DNA of 64,000 nt. It comes from Alloascoidea hylecoeti (lineage: Eukaryota). Made by a program: the position numbers and the translations under genes. Below, in pieces: positions 12,823 through 25,168 of this stretch; position 1 is the stretch's first letter, and each line of letters begins with the position of its first letter. The stretch spans positions 62,001-126,000 of the forward strand of contig BCKZ01000011.1 in assembly GCA_001600815.1 (NCBI GenBank), in the 5' to 3' direction. The notes under the pieces are model-generated. The model was given only the letters and a program-made list of their open reading frames with translations. It searched no databases and was not told the DNA's origin.

Positions 12823-13211
12823 CAAGCTTTATGACAGTTTTACACACCTGCCATTAGGACTATCACTACAGATATGCTGATCCTCAGGATCCTCCTTTTA
12901 TTCCTGGATTAAATACCAGTGTCAAGGAAAAAATTTTCATTTATAAGTAGCTATAAATCTGATCTTGAGATTATAAATGAGAATACTTGATTTATCTAGA
13001 AGGGCGGGTCTACCATTGAAGGAATTGTTCTTACCTGAGATGTAAAGTTAAAAATCCTAATTGAAATCTAAAAGATACCAGTACAACATTAAAAAATCAC
13101 TTTAAATATAAATATAATTTACAATAAATAATTAAATAACCATCCTTCAAACTCATCTAATCTCATATACTATAGAATTTAAAATTCATTCCAAATCCAA
13201 ACCTTTAAACA

Positions 13212-16200
13212 TTAAACCATAAAAGTAGCCTTTTCAGTCATTTCAATAATATTCATATCCCCACAAACATTTTTAAAATATTTATAAAACCATTTACTAT
13301 CATTTTTATTTTTATCATTTGAATTTAATGAATATATTGGTTTGATTATTGAACTTCCATGTAATTTAGGATAACTTTTTAAACTTAAAGGATCTAAAGA
13401 AATTAATAAATTATCCTTTCTTTTTTCAAATTGATTGAAAATAATCATTGATATTTTTAATTTATTATCATTCGAATCAATTTTAATATTAATTTTATAA
13501 ATTAATGATAAATCTTTAATTTCTTTATCTATTAATATAGCATGTCTCCAAATATTTTGAATTTTTTTAATTTGTTCATCACATGTTATACCAACTGGTA
13601 TAAATCCTAATAATTTAGATGCAAAAAATTGTAAAGGAATTGATTGATTTTCATTTTCATTATCAAGTTTTAAATCTAAAATTTTTGGATTTTTTTCTAA
13701 TGATATTGATATAATTAATCCTTCAAATAAATAATCAATGGATTTATCATTATTTAAATTTTTAAATATTAAACCAGTTATTGATGATAATAAATCATTT
13801 TTTAATTTCATTTTTAAAATATCATTTAATTTATAAATTTTATTTTTTTCATAAATTAATTCAGATTCTTTAATTTTAAATTTTAAATTTTCAATTTTTT
13901 CTTTATAATTTCCAATTTTATTCTTCAAATCATTATGAATTTTTTCATTTTTATTTAAAATTATTTGTTGTAATAATAATTCTTCTTTAATTTTTATAAA
14001 ATCTTTTCGAATTTTTATTAATTCATTAATATTAATATTTTTATATTGTTCTTTTAATAATTTTAATTTTGATAATTTTAGTTTTAATTCTTTGTTTTTA
14101 TCCTTTAAAATTTTAAAATTCTTTCCAATTTTATCCTCAAATTCATTCAATTTAATTTCATCATTTTTTAATAATTCTTCATTTTTATTAATTGCTATTA
14201 AAATACCATCAACCAATTGAGTTCTCCAATTATACCAAACCATTTTTGCTTGTTGTCTTGAATAATTTTTAATCATCATAAATTGTCCATTCATAATAAT
14301 TCTTGCAGAATTTGTTGATTGAAAGTATTCTTTAATTAATAATGGATTTTCTTCTAAAGTTTCTTCTTCCAATTTATTAAAATTTTTTTTACCATCTTTT
14401 AAATTTTTTTTTAATTCATTACATCCAAATTCAAACATTTCTAATAACGGTAATTGTTGAATTGCATTTGAATAATCAATTAAATTTGGTTTTTCTTTAT
14501 TATTAGAATTTCCTAAAATTGATGATGATACACCTTCAGAAACTTCTAAATCATCATAAAATTGTGCACCAATTGAATCCAAGAATGTATTTAAAGAAAC
14601 TGGAACATAATTTGATACTACTCTATTATTATTATTATTATCAGAAATTTCATCATCATCATCATCTAATGGTGCTAATTTGATTTTTTCAGTAACTGTA
14701 TTTAAACTTGGTGTATATAATCTTTCTAATTGAACTTTTTTAACTGATCTTAATGGTGTAAAAGCAGCAACATCATCTTCAGTTAAATGAGGTGGAGTTG
14801 AAATAGTTGGTGTTAATTGAACATCATAAACTTGTAAATTTGAAGGTAATTGTAAGGACTGTGATTTTTTTGGTGTTAAAGCTGAAATTCTATCTTGGAT
14901 TGTTTCATTATCTTTAAATTTATTATCTTTTTGTGGTGTTCTTTGGTTTGTAATAAAAGGACTAATATTTTTTAATGGACTTCTTTTTGGACTTTTAGAT
15001 TTTGATCTTGTTTTTTTAATTGGAGTATTTGTATTTGAATTTGTCTTTGAATTTGAATTAGATTCTGGTTGTAAATAATTTTCTGTTTTTAAATCTTTTA
15101 AAACATTAATAGGTCTATTTGAACTCATCATGGATAATCTTGATAATCTTGATTTTCTTCGACTAGTAGGACTTTCAGGAGAACTAATTTTCTTAGGACT
15201 TCGACTTTTTCTTGGACTTCGACTTTCCCTACTTGGAGATTCTGACAATTTTTGTTTTTTATTATTTGAATTCTGAATATTTGTTGGGCTTGGTCTTTTA
15301 TTACTTGATACTTTAGAAGGAGTCAGAACAGTTGTCATATCCATATCCATATCTTCATCATCTTCGTCATTAGAAACATAATTTGTTTTAATACTACTAA
15401 TAGCTTTCGTAACATCCATTGTAGTTTCCATTTCAATACTTTTATCATTATTTGATGTATTAATTGAACTAACAGCTCTTGTAACATTCATTGTCATATC
15501 CATATCACTTTCACTTTCACTTTCACTATCATTTTCGTTTTGAGAATTTTTATTTGAATTTGTGATTGATCCAAGAGCCATAGTAACTTCCATCATAGAT
15601 TCTTCTTCATTCTCACCTACAATAGATTTGATATTACCTAATGGTTTAGTTATATCCATTTCTTCAGCATCATTGTCATCTTCATGATTTGTTTGATTAA
15701 TGATCCCTCCAACTCTTGTAATATCCATTGTCATATCGTCGTCATCATCATCTTCTTCTTCTTCTTCTTCGTCATTAACATGTTTAATTGAGCCTCCAAC
15801 TTTGGTAATATCCATAGTCATATTATCATCATCATCTTCTTCTTCGCCATTAACATGTTTAATTGAGCCTCCAACTTTGGTAATATCCATGGTCATATTA
15901 CTTTCTTCCTCATCATTTGAAACTTTATTAATGGAACCACCTATTCTAGTAACATCCATAGTCATATAATCTTCATTATCTTCTTCTTCTTCTTCGACAA
16001 TTGATAAATGACGATTTAATTGAGGAACTATAGGATTAGTATTATTTTTAGATGATGAAGCATCTTCTTGTTCTAATGATTGTAAAAAACTTGATGAATA
16101 ATGTATTGTAGGAATTATTTGATTTATTTCAGAATCTTGTTTAATATTACTAGAAATAATTGTCATATCCATTGCAATTTCAGAATCATTACCTTCTTCA

Positions 16201-17039
16201 ACTGCTGCATTATTATTAGTAGTATTATTTAAAATTATTCCATTGACTTTTGTCATTTCCATTTCATTATCAGATTCTTCAACATGATCAATTCTACTAA
16301 TATTTTCACTGGTTTCATTAACTTCCAAATTTGATGTGAGTTGTGTACCAGTTTCTGTTAATTCCATTGATTCATCATCATCATCAAAAGATTGTTGCAT
16401 AATACTATTTGTTGACTCATCTATATCACTATCTTCTAAAGCTTCTACACCACCATCATCACTTTCAAAAGATTCATTGACATTACTTGATGTTGGAGTA
16501 AATAAAGGAGTATTTAAAGTATTATTTTCATTAGTTATTGATAAACTTGCCTTAATTCCAAAATCAGTATGCCTTCTAAGATTTGATTTTTTAATATTTG
16601 AAACAGCAGGAATTGGTGTTTTATTTGATGATGAGTTTGAATTTGAATTTGAAGTTGAAGGTTGAGCAAATGATATAGTTTCTCTTCTTCTTGGTTTTTT
16701 TTCTTGTTCTTTTATATGTTCTTGTAATTGAAAAGTATGTAAAGTGATTTCTGGAGCAAAACTAACTCTTCTTTTAACCCTACTTCCAAAATCAGTATTT
16801 GTAAAATTATCTTCATCATTTTCTTGTTTTGATGTTAAAACTGGCATGATTCCAGCAATAGTATGATTTTCATCTTTTAATAAAGGTTTTAAAATTCCTC
16901 TTGATGGAACTAAAGAAGATCTTGTACTTCTTCTTCTCATTGCTGTTGGTAATTTAGGAGGTGGAGCATTTGAAATTAATGAAAATAAATTCGGACGAGC
17001 AGGTTTATTTCCCTTTTCATTAATATTGTTATTTGACAT
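13212..17039 (-). CDS. SPC105: kinetochore scaffold Spc105/KNL1 (1275 aa)
   Basis: GILK and RRVSF PP1-docking motifs, ~13 MELT-like repeats (MELT, MEMT, MDIT, MDVT...) and a Spc7-type C-terminal region (SLNTFLD...F.DDL; LLEMFEFGC.EL; WYNWR) are present. Confidence 0.93.
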   Translation of the reverse strand: MSNNNINEKGNKPARPNLFSLISNAPPPKLPTAMRRRSTRSSLVPSRGILKPLLKDENHTIAGIMPVLTSKQENDEDNFTNTDFGSRVKRRVSFAPEITLHTFQLQEHIKEQEKKPRRRETISFAQPSTSNSNSNSSSNKTPIPAVSNIKKSNLRRHTDFGIKASLSITNENNTLNTPLFTPTSSNVNESFESDDGGVEALEDSDIDESTNSIMQQSFDDDDESMELTETGTQLTSNLEVNETSENISRIDHVEESDNEMEMTKVNGIILNNTTNNNAAVEEGNDSEIAMDMTIISSNIKQDSEINQIIPTIHYSSSFLQSLEQEDASSSKNNTNPIVPQLNRHLSIVEEEEEDNEDYMTMDVTRIGGSINKVSNDEEESNMTMDITKVGGSIKHVNGEEEDDDDNMTMDITKVGGSIKHVNDEEEEEEDDDDDDMTMDITRVGGIINQTNHEDDNDAEEMDITKPLGNIKSIVGENEEESMMEVTMALGSITNSNKNSQNENDSESESESDMDMTMNVTRAVSSINTSNNDKSIEMETTMDVTKAISSIKTNYVSNDEDDEDMDMDMTTVLTPSKVSSNKRPSPTNIQNSNNKKQKLSESPSRESRSPRKSRSPKKISSPESPTSRRKSRLSRLSMMSSNRPINVLKDLKTENYLQPESNSNSKTNSNTNTPIKKTRSKSKSPKRSPLKNISPFITNQRTPQKDNKFKDNETIQDRISALTPKKSQSLQLPSNLQVYDVQLTPTISTPPHLTEDDVAAFTPLRSVKKVQLERLYTPSLNTVTEKIKLAPLDDDDDEISDNNNNNRVVSNYVPVSLNTFLDSIGAQFYDDLEVSEGVSSSILGNSNNKEKPNLIDYSNAIQQLPLLEMFEFGCNELKKNLKDGKKNFNKLEEETLEENPLLIKEYFQSTNSARIIMNGQFMMIKNYSRQQAKMVWYNWRTQLVDGILIAINKNEELLKNDEIKLNEFEDKIGKNFKILKDKNKELKLKLSKLKLLKEQYKNININELIKIRKDFIKIKEELLLQQIILNKNEKIHNDLKNKIGNYKEKIENLKFKIKESELIYEKNKIYKLNDILKMKLKNDLLSSITGLIFKNLNNDKSIDYLFEGLIISISLEKNPKILDLKLDNENENQSIPLQFFASKLLGFIPVGITCDEQIKKIQNIWRHAILIDKEIKDLSLIYKINIKIDSNDNKLKISMIIFNQFEKRKDNLLISLDPLSLKSYPKLHGSSIIKPIYSLNSNDKNKNDSKWFYKYFKNVCGDMNIIEMTEKATFMV

Positions 17040-17152
17040 TTATTTATTTAATGGGATTATTTAATTTGGGGGAGTTTTAAAGAAAGAAGGTTTACAAAAC
17101 AAAAAATGTCAACAAATCAAAAATAAAATGGTTGTCCCGGCAATAATAAATA

Positions 17153-17162
17153 ATCACGTGAC
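17153..17162. promoter_or_regulatory. Cbf1/CDEI-type E-box (ATCACGTGAC) in the SPC105-RTT10 divergent promoter
   Basis: It matches RTCACRTG on both strands. Other CACGTG boxes lie at 12691, 21304 and 21315. Confidence 0.4.
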
Positions 17163-17233
17163 CGAGTTTGATCTTTAAAATTTATTTCTTTGATTTTTAA
17201 AAAATAGATTGAAAATTGAAAAATTTATAAAAA

Positions 17234-20200
17234 ATGGATTATAAATTAAAAGTAAGTTTTTCATTATTTCGATCATTGATTATAACGTTAGTACTAAGTT
17301 TATTATATAGGATTTACAACATTATGGTCCTTCAACAGCAGTTAAATTCATACCAAATACACAATATTTATTAGTTGGAAATGGACCAATTGTTAAAATA
17401 TTCAATTGGAAAAATGGTGAATTAATTAAATCTAAAAGAATCTTTTCAAGTAATAAAATCCACGGAATTGCAGTTAATTCTTCAACTGATTTAGATATTA
17501 TGATTGGATTTTGGGGTGGAAGATCTATTTCATTTGTTAACTTAAAGACATTATTAAATGATATTGATTTAATTGTTAAAAACGAAAAATCAATTAATGA
17601 TTGGATTATGTATTTTTCATTTGGAGTTTCAAATAATGAAGGTTTTATATTATCATCTCATAATATTGTTATTTCGATTGACATTAATATTAATGATTTA
17701 AAAAATTCATTAATAATTAAAAATATAATTAATTGTGGTGAAAAAAGCTTATTATATTCAGGTACAATTCAAGTAATAAATAAAGATAAAATATTAATTG
17801 GTTCAGGAACTGTATTAGGATCAATTTTAATATGGGATTTAAAAAGTAACTTAACAAATAAAGACTTTATAAAATTAAATGGTCATGAAGGTTCAATTTT
17901 TGGTATAACTATTTCATCTGATGGTACAAGAGTTATATCATGTTCTGATGATAGATCAATTAGAATGTGGGATATAGATTCAAATTCAATGGATAATTAC
18001 GAAAAATGTATTGCAATAGGTTGGGGTCATTTTGCAAGAATTTGGGGATTACAATTTTTAAATGATAATGAACATATTTTTAGTATTAGTGAAGATTGTA
18101 CTTGTCGATTATGGCATTTAAATGATTCTAAAAATGAATTAATTTGTGATGAAATATTTGAAAATCATTTATCAAAAAATATATGGTCAAGTGATATAAA
18201 TTTAACAAATATGATTTCTGTAACTTCTGGTGGTGATGGTAGAATAAGATTACAAAATTTAACAAAATATGAAAATTTAAATAAAACAATGAAATCATGG
18301 TTACCAAATGATTTATCAAATGATTTATTAAAATTTAAAAAAAATGAAATATTTAAAGACTTTAAAATTTTAAATAATAATATTTCAATTATAACAACAT
18401 CTGAAGGAAAAGTTTTATCATTAAATAATAATGATAATAATTGGTCTTTATTATATCAAACAAATGATTTGTTAAGTTTTTCAAAAATAAAAGGTTGGGA
18501 AAATCTTAATATTGTTATTATTGCAAGTCGTAATGGTAATATTTCATTATTATTAATTAATTCAAATGGTAAAATTAATAAAAAAATTGATTTTTGTATT
18601 AATGACAAATTAAAAGGAAAATTATCTGATATTATTTTAACTTCTGAATATAAAAATAAAAATGATAATAATAATTCTTATATTGGTTATATTTTATCAG
18701 AAACTCAAAATCCAAATGATCCATTTATATTAAATAAAATAATTTATAAAAATAATGATTTAAAAATTAAATCAGCAAAAATTCTTTTACCTGAACCTTC
18801 ATTTTTATGTACAACAATTGAATATATTTATGATTTTAATTTATTAATTCTTGGTTCAAGATTTGGTGCATTATCAATTTATAAAATTAATAATGATGAT
18901 GACAATGACAATGACAATGATAATGATAATGAAATTTTTGAAAAAATTAAAGCTTCAAATTGTTGGAGAAGAGTAATGTCTGAAGATGCAATAACAAGTA
19001 TAAATATAATTTCAACAAATATATCAAAAAGGGAAATAATTCTTTCATTAACTGGTAGACTTGGAACATATCTTTATATCAAATTAACATTACCACCATC
19101 TTTTAACAATCCAACTACAACTAACAATTCACAACTTCAATCAAATAACAATAATGATAATAAAGATGATATTAAAATGGAAATAATTCATTCAAATTTA
19201 TTTTCAAAAGGTTTTTTAGAAAAATCAATTAATCATAAAGAAGGTTTATTATTATTTGGTTTTAAAAATAATAATTTTTATATTTGGAATGAATCAAAAC
19301 AAATTGAAATTTTAAAAATTAATTGTGGTGGTGTTCATAGATCATGGTCAATATTAATTGATTCAAAAAATATTAATAAATTTACATTCATGTTTGTAAA
19401 ATCATCGAAATTATATATTGTTTCATCAATTTCAAATTCAATTACAGATGATAAAGAAGATGATGAAAAATTTAAATCTTCTCTTTTACAAGAAGGTACA
19501 CATGGTAGAGAAATTAGATCAGTTATTATATCACCAATTTTATCACATTTAAATACACGTTTAATTGCAACAGCAGCAGAAGATACTTGTGTAAGATTAG
19601 GTAAATTAAATTCAAATGGTATTATAAAATATTATTGGTCAGAAAGAAAACATGTTTCTGGAATACAATCAATGAAATGGCATGAAACTCCTGAATTATT
19701 ATATTTGATATCAAGTGCAGCTAGAGAAGAATTATTTATTTGGGAAGTTAGAGAAGAAGAAATAATTTCAAATGATAAATTATCATTGACAAATGAAGAA
19801 GAAAAATTACCTTTAATTCATCATAAAACAAGTTTACCACAATTAGTTTCAAATCCAGATTTAAGAATAATGAACTTTGATATTTTAAATATTTATGATG
19901 ATAATTATAATGTAATTGGTTTATTAATATCAACAGTTTATTCAGATTCATCAATTAAAATTTGGTTTTATAATATTATAAAAAATAATTTTAAAAATTT
20001 AATTTCTGGTTTTTATTTATCATGTTGCATTTTAAATACATGTTTCTTAATATTTAAAAAATCATTATATTTAATTATTTCTTCAACTGATGGACATTTA
20101 ACGATTTACTCATTAACTAAATCATTGAATAATTTTAAAATTTTTGTATCGAATGAAAATTCTTTAATAATTTCTAATTTTAACGATTCTTTAAATCAGA

Positions 20201-20652
20201 ATATTGAGCCATTAAGTGGAAAGATTTTAAGATTACAAATACATCAATCTGGTATAAAAGGATTATTAGTAATTAATCCAAATAATTCAACTACAAACGA
20301 ATCTAATGATAATCAAATTTCAATTATAACAGGTGGTGATGATAATGCAATAGTTTTAACAAAACTTACAGTAATAAATGATGAAATAATTAATGGATCA
20401 ATAATTCAAAAAATTGATTCTGCTGCATCTTCAACAATAACATCACTAAGTATTATTGAAAATTCAAATTATTTTATTTCAACAAGTGTTGATCAAATCT
20501 TACGTTTATGGTTTTTAAAAAATAATGAAATAATTTTAAAAGATTATAAATATACAACAGTTGCTGATACAGGATGTTCAGATACAACAATTATAAACGA
20601 AATTCCATTGATTTTAATAGGTGGAGCAGGTTTATCATCTTGGAATTTGTAA
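17234..20652 (+). CDS. RTT10: WD40-repeat protein Rtt10/Trm734/WDR6; exons 17234-17251, 17311-20652 (~1119 aa)
   Basis: GHEGSIF..SCSDDRSIRMW, GWGHFARIW, CGGVHRSW, HGREIR, DLRIM, IHQSGIK, GGDDN and TTVADTG motifs are present. The intron GTAAGT..TACTAAG..TAG restores the N-terminal HYGP. Confidence 0.9.
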
Positions 20653-20816
20653 ATATAAATACATAACTTTAATAAAGATCTATGTTGCGGTTTATAATTT
20701 TATTATTTTTTGAGTTTAATTTTGATTTATTCGTAATATAATGAGTATCTATTTACAAAGAAAACGAAGGTCGTAATACATATATATATTTTATATATTG
20801 AATTTGTTGTATATTA

Positions 20817-21159
20817 TTATCTTCTGTGAATTGCGGTTAATTGTCGTTGTTTATGTCTTGGATTAGATTTGCAATATATATAAGTTCTTCCTTTTCTTCT
20901 GCAAGACTACATTTTTTTAAAATTAGTAAAATTACAACCTCTTTAATGTTGAAATCTTGTTAATATTACTTACATAACAATCTTTGCAAAACTTTTTAAG
21001 AACAGCTCGAACTTTGAAACCTCTTGTTAATGGTGGATGAATATGAAGACAAGGTTGAGTCACTCTTAATGGAGCCGCAAGAGGCATCATTAGCACCGAT
21101 TGACGGTTTATCGGACAATTAAGCCGTGGTGTTGTGACTCTTCGAACGAGAGAAAACAT
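20817..21159 (-). CDS. RTC6: mitochondrial ribosomal protein bL36m; exons 21159-20974, 20906-20817 (91 aa)
   Basis: An Arg-rich presequence precedes FKVRAVLKKFCKDCY|SCRRKGRTYIYCKSNPRHKQRQ (L36 zinc ribbon). The intron reads GTAAGT..TACTAAT..TAG. Confidence 0.9.
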
Positions 21160-22785
21160 TATCTGTGCAGTTTGTGATTTGGTGATGGAGGTGAAGGAGA
21201 TTTTTCAACTCTACGATCCCCCAACACCCGTTGACCCAATTTTTATAAGTCCGAGTAATTCAAAAGGACCCGTCAAGATGGAACCTAGTGTGGCATGTGA
21301 CCACACGTGAGTATCACGTGCTGTGTGTATTTCTACAAAGATAAACCTTATGATCTTCAAACATATACCAGGTTCGATTTTAAATAATGATGATAAATTG
21401 CTTGATACTTCAATTATATTTCCGTTTTAAGTGTTAGTCTTTTGAGAATTGGTGAACAGACCCCCTTAACTTTTAAGTTTTGGAGCTGAGTTTACTATCT
21501 CATTAAACTATCAGTTATCTATGGTTATAAAAGGGATCATATTTAATTTGAATTTGAACCGAATTAATTAGAAAATTAGAAAAAATGAACTTGCTTGTAA
21601 TTATTACGTTAAGTTTGTTACATTCTTTACGTTTGAATTTTAAGAATTTCTTATAAAATTTGTAAATATGAATATCGTATGTTTTCATCCAGAAACTGAT
21701 CAATTGTATGAATTATTGTAACATCTTCAAAGGATTCTAGAATAAGAAAATAGGATGATTAATATAATATTTTCAATATTTAAGAACTTTAGGTAAACCA
21801 AATAGATAAAAAATTTTATTAGTAATGGAAATCTGGAAATTAACAAAAAATATAGATGACATGTTTCATTTGGATAGTATTATACTATCAGTAGTTCAAT
21901 TGATATTAATGACAAATGTTTGGTTTCGTAATAATCATATCATATTTTCGTTCGGAAATCAAGTGTTATTTAATCAACAGATGAATTACAGTTTACAAAA
22001 CATATAAAGTTGCGTTAATGATATCATACATTGTAGAAATTTTGGAGATCTAAGATCCTGGAATATTTAAATTGGTGAAATAATCTCATAAATAAATAAA
22101 TATATAATTCTACAAATTCTCTTTTATGTGATTATAAACTTGAAAGCTCAAATTCAGATTAAAGATGATTCCATATATCATAAATAACTGTGTCATTTGA
22201 AATTCATCAGCTTTTATATAGCTTAAATTCCTTCTAGAATACTAAAATGCACCCGAAATCTTAATTACTATAGCTACTATCTCACTAAAAAGTAGAAATA
22301 TAGACAGCTATACCGGTAAAGTTTTATGCATCCAATTATAGTACACAGAGTGTAACCATTAGATCGGAATAAAACAATAATAATATAAGTGAGTGAGTGT
22401 AACCTAAATCCAAGCAGTTATGGGCCTCATTCTTTTCTTGTTCTAATGTACTAAAATATATAAAAACATCCAACTGGAAAGAAAATCAACAACCAAATAC
22501 TACAATCACTAAAAATGCTACGTCTTTTAAATATATATGAATAGTCAAGAAACTCAACAACGATTTCAAGTTATGGTAAACAAATAAAAATAAACCAAAT
22601 AAGAGAAATTCAAAATTTATTATCAAAAATATACCAAATGAGTTTCCATTCAGCTAATGATTGTGATCTAAAATATTTGTATAAATTTTCCTTTTCTCAA
22701 CACCTCAAAATCATTCATTAAATACATTTTATTTAGGATATCAAGTTAAGATAGAGAAAAATATTTTTCAATAATTAATGCATAT

Positions 22786-22941
22786 TGTTTGATATTTGAC
22801 ATCTTTGAAACTTAGTTATTATCTGTTTATTTTATTGTATATATATCTGTCTTATCAAAACAAGGAATGGCTAACTATATAGTAACTACTGCATATTGAT
22901 CCTTGCTTAATATAGAATCCAACAAAACTTAATACCCAACA
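22786..22941 (-). repeat. 156-bp copia LTR (left, minus orientation)
   Basis: TGTTGGGTATT...AATATCAAACA on the minus strand, directly preceded by the purine tract AAGGTAAAGAAGGAG. Confidence 0.88.
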
Positions 22942-24415
22942 CTCCTTCTTTACCTTATTCATATCTATTTTATAAGGTAACTTTTTAGTTTATTAAATGT
23001 GTTTCCACTTACTGGTTTCGTAAGAATATCTGAATAGTTATCTTCAGTTGGCACTTTCTTGATAGATTCAAAGTGTTGATTCAAAAACAACCTGTTACGA
23101 ATATATTTTATTCTTGTATCAATGTGATAATTTCTTCCTTTAGATACTGGATTAGTTGCCCATTTAATTACCGTAGAATTTTCTTCCATATAATCAATTT
23201 TTATATCTTCACCATAGATAAACTTCAATAAATTCATTAATTTATCAATCATTTCACAAGCGTAGTCTAATGCTAGTAACTCTGATTCAGATGCAGACTT
23301 TGTTATAGCAGATTGTCTGCGGGACGCCCATCCTATAATGTTTCCATTAACCATTAAAATAACACCAGAAGTGCTTTTGCGACTAGAATCTCCCGATTTG
23401 TCCGAATCTACAAAAACTGTTACTTTATCTTCAATGTTATCTTTATTATAAGATAATACGATAAATGTGCATTCAAGTATGCATTACGGAAATCGAAAGT
23501 CGCCATTTTTAACTTTCTTTGGAGTCCATAATTTATCAATAATAACAGAGCTTGAATAGATAATGTTGAAGATGTGTATTGATGATTTATGTCGGTGATT
23601 TCTTTGTCACCTCTCACCACGCAACGTGCCTTTGCCACCTTATGTTCCCCAGAAATCTTCTCCGTCAATACCCATTGTGTAGGTAATATGTTTATCTCTG
23701 TAGGTACCTTTTTAATTTCCATTGGTTCCCAAACATTTAAATCCTCAATCGTTTGTAATTCATCCAACATAGCAAACTTATACTTATCAAATATTGCATT
23801 TGATTTCTGCTCTGTAGCAATCACTAACCCAATGCTTTCACTTGCAGCTTTACGTATGCTTCTAGTAGTCCTCCTATTACCAGTGAATGGAATTCTGACC
23901 TCATTGTTGTCCATTCTCAGATTTCGAGGTATCATTTCATCCTCTACTCCTTCTAAGATATTGTTTTCATTATCTGCCGTATTCTTCAATACATCTTCAT
24001 CACCATATAAATCTTGATGAACAATAATATCTTCAAAATTCTCACTTCCCGTAGTTTCAACATGCTGAGACATTTCATTCATGTTGTTTAATATTGGAAC
24101 ATTGATATCTTCATGCTCATGTACTAATTCATCATCTGAATTATCAATATCTTTATCAATTTTTTTACCATTAAATAATTGGTAGTGTTTAGTGTGGAAC
24201 AACCTGCCATTGTCTAAAGGAAGAAATTATCACATTGATACAAGAATAAAATATATTCGTAACAGGTTGTTTTTGAATCAACACTTTGAATCTATCAAGA
24301 AAGTGCCAACTGAAGATAACTATTCAGATATTCTTACGAAACCAGTAAGTGGAAACACATTTAATAAACTAAAAAGTTACCTTATAAAATAGATATGAAT
24401 AAGGTAAAGAAGGAG

Positions 24416-24571
24416 TGTTGGGTATTAAGTTTTGTTGGATTCTATATTAAGCAAGGATCAATATGCAGTAGTTACTATATAGTTAGCCATTCCTTGTTTT
24501 GATAAGACAGATATATATACAATAAAATAAACAGATAATAACTAAGTTTCAAAGATGTCAAATATCAAACA
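24416..24571 (+). repeat. 156-bp copia LTR (right, plus orientation)
   Basis: Identical by eye to the left LTR, with TG..CA ends and the PPT at 24401-24415. Confidence 0.88.
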
Positions 24572-25168
24572 CATATTAAATATGGAAACTCATCGTCAAA
24601 AGGATTACCGATTTATCCAAGTAATCCTTCGATGACTGATTAATCTTTAAGTTATAACTTATTAACACTCTTGTACCATATTTCTCGGATTTAGAAAGAT
24701 CCACCAGGTCAAAGTCTCAATAAGTACAACGATGAATACAACAATGAAGATTAAAGTTTTAAAGTTTTGTAACACAACCACAGAAAAATGTTGACATATG
24801 AATTTTGAGACTGTTAGTGATTGTGACGAACGAGCTCAAGTCGGACTTGATATCGATTAATATTCATGGTCCTATTAAAAGAATTAAAAGAATTTAAAAA
24901 GTTGTCAATTCAAAAGGACAGATAAAAGATTCTCCATGCTTAATATGGCTTTAATGATAGAGGTGATAAAGGTCTTAATTCCTACTTTGATAGCCATATT
25001 TCTGATATACTCATATTAATGAATATTACTATTTTTATGGATTTTTACATCCATATTATTACTATCTAGGTTTATATTATTCATTAGAGTACAAAAAAAA
25101 ATTCATAGCAAACATTTATTTGAAACAATCCTAAGCCAACACAATATCCTACAGTAGTGTTAAAACTA

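Larger units (their letters stand above)
22786..24571. mobile_element. Ty1/copia-derived defective element with inverted 3' ends (359-bp arms 22786-23144 and 24213-24571), 5-bp TSD CATAT
   Basis: The minus strand carries an IN C-terminal linker, a truncated RT (WVLTEK..KARCVVRG..DFRNAYLNA), RNase H (VFVDSD..RKSTSG..WASRRQ..SESE..HIDTR..DILTKP), PPT and LTR. The plus strand repeats the RH end-PPT-LTR. CATAT lies at 22781-22785 and 24572-24576. Confidence 0.92.

Noticed and set aside
12599..12847. Minus-strand ORFs overlapping the tRNA
   Set aside because: They arise from the GC-rich tRNA sequence and show no protein features.
15700..16665. Plus-strand ORFs 15700-15969 and 16336-16665 (and 23589-24017, 29885-30136, 45797-46049, 50451-50822)
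   Set aside because: They are antisense shadows of real coding sequence or repeats.
21304..22100. CACGTG boxes followed by AT-rich DNA as a point centromere (CDEI-II-III)
   Set aside because: There is no 80-160-bp >90% AT CDEII followed by a CCGAA CDEIII at the right spacing; Cbf1 promoter sites are a better explanation.
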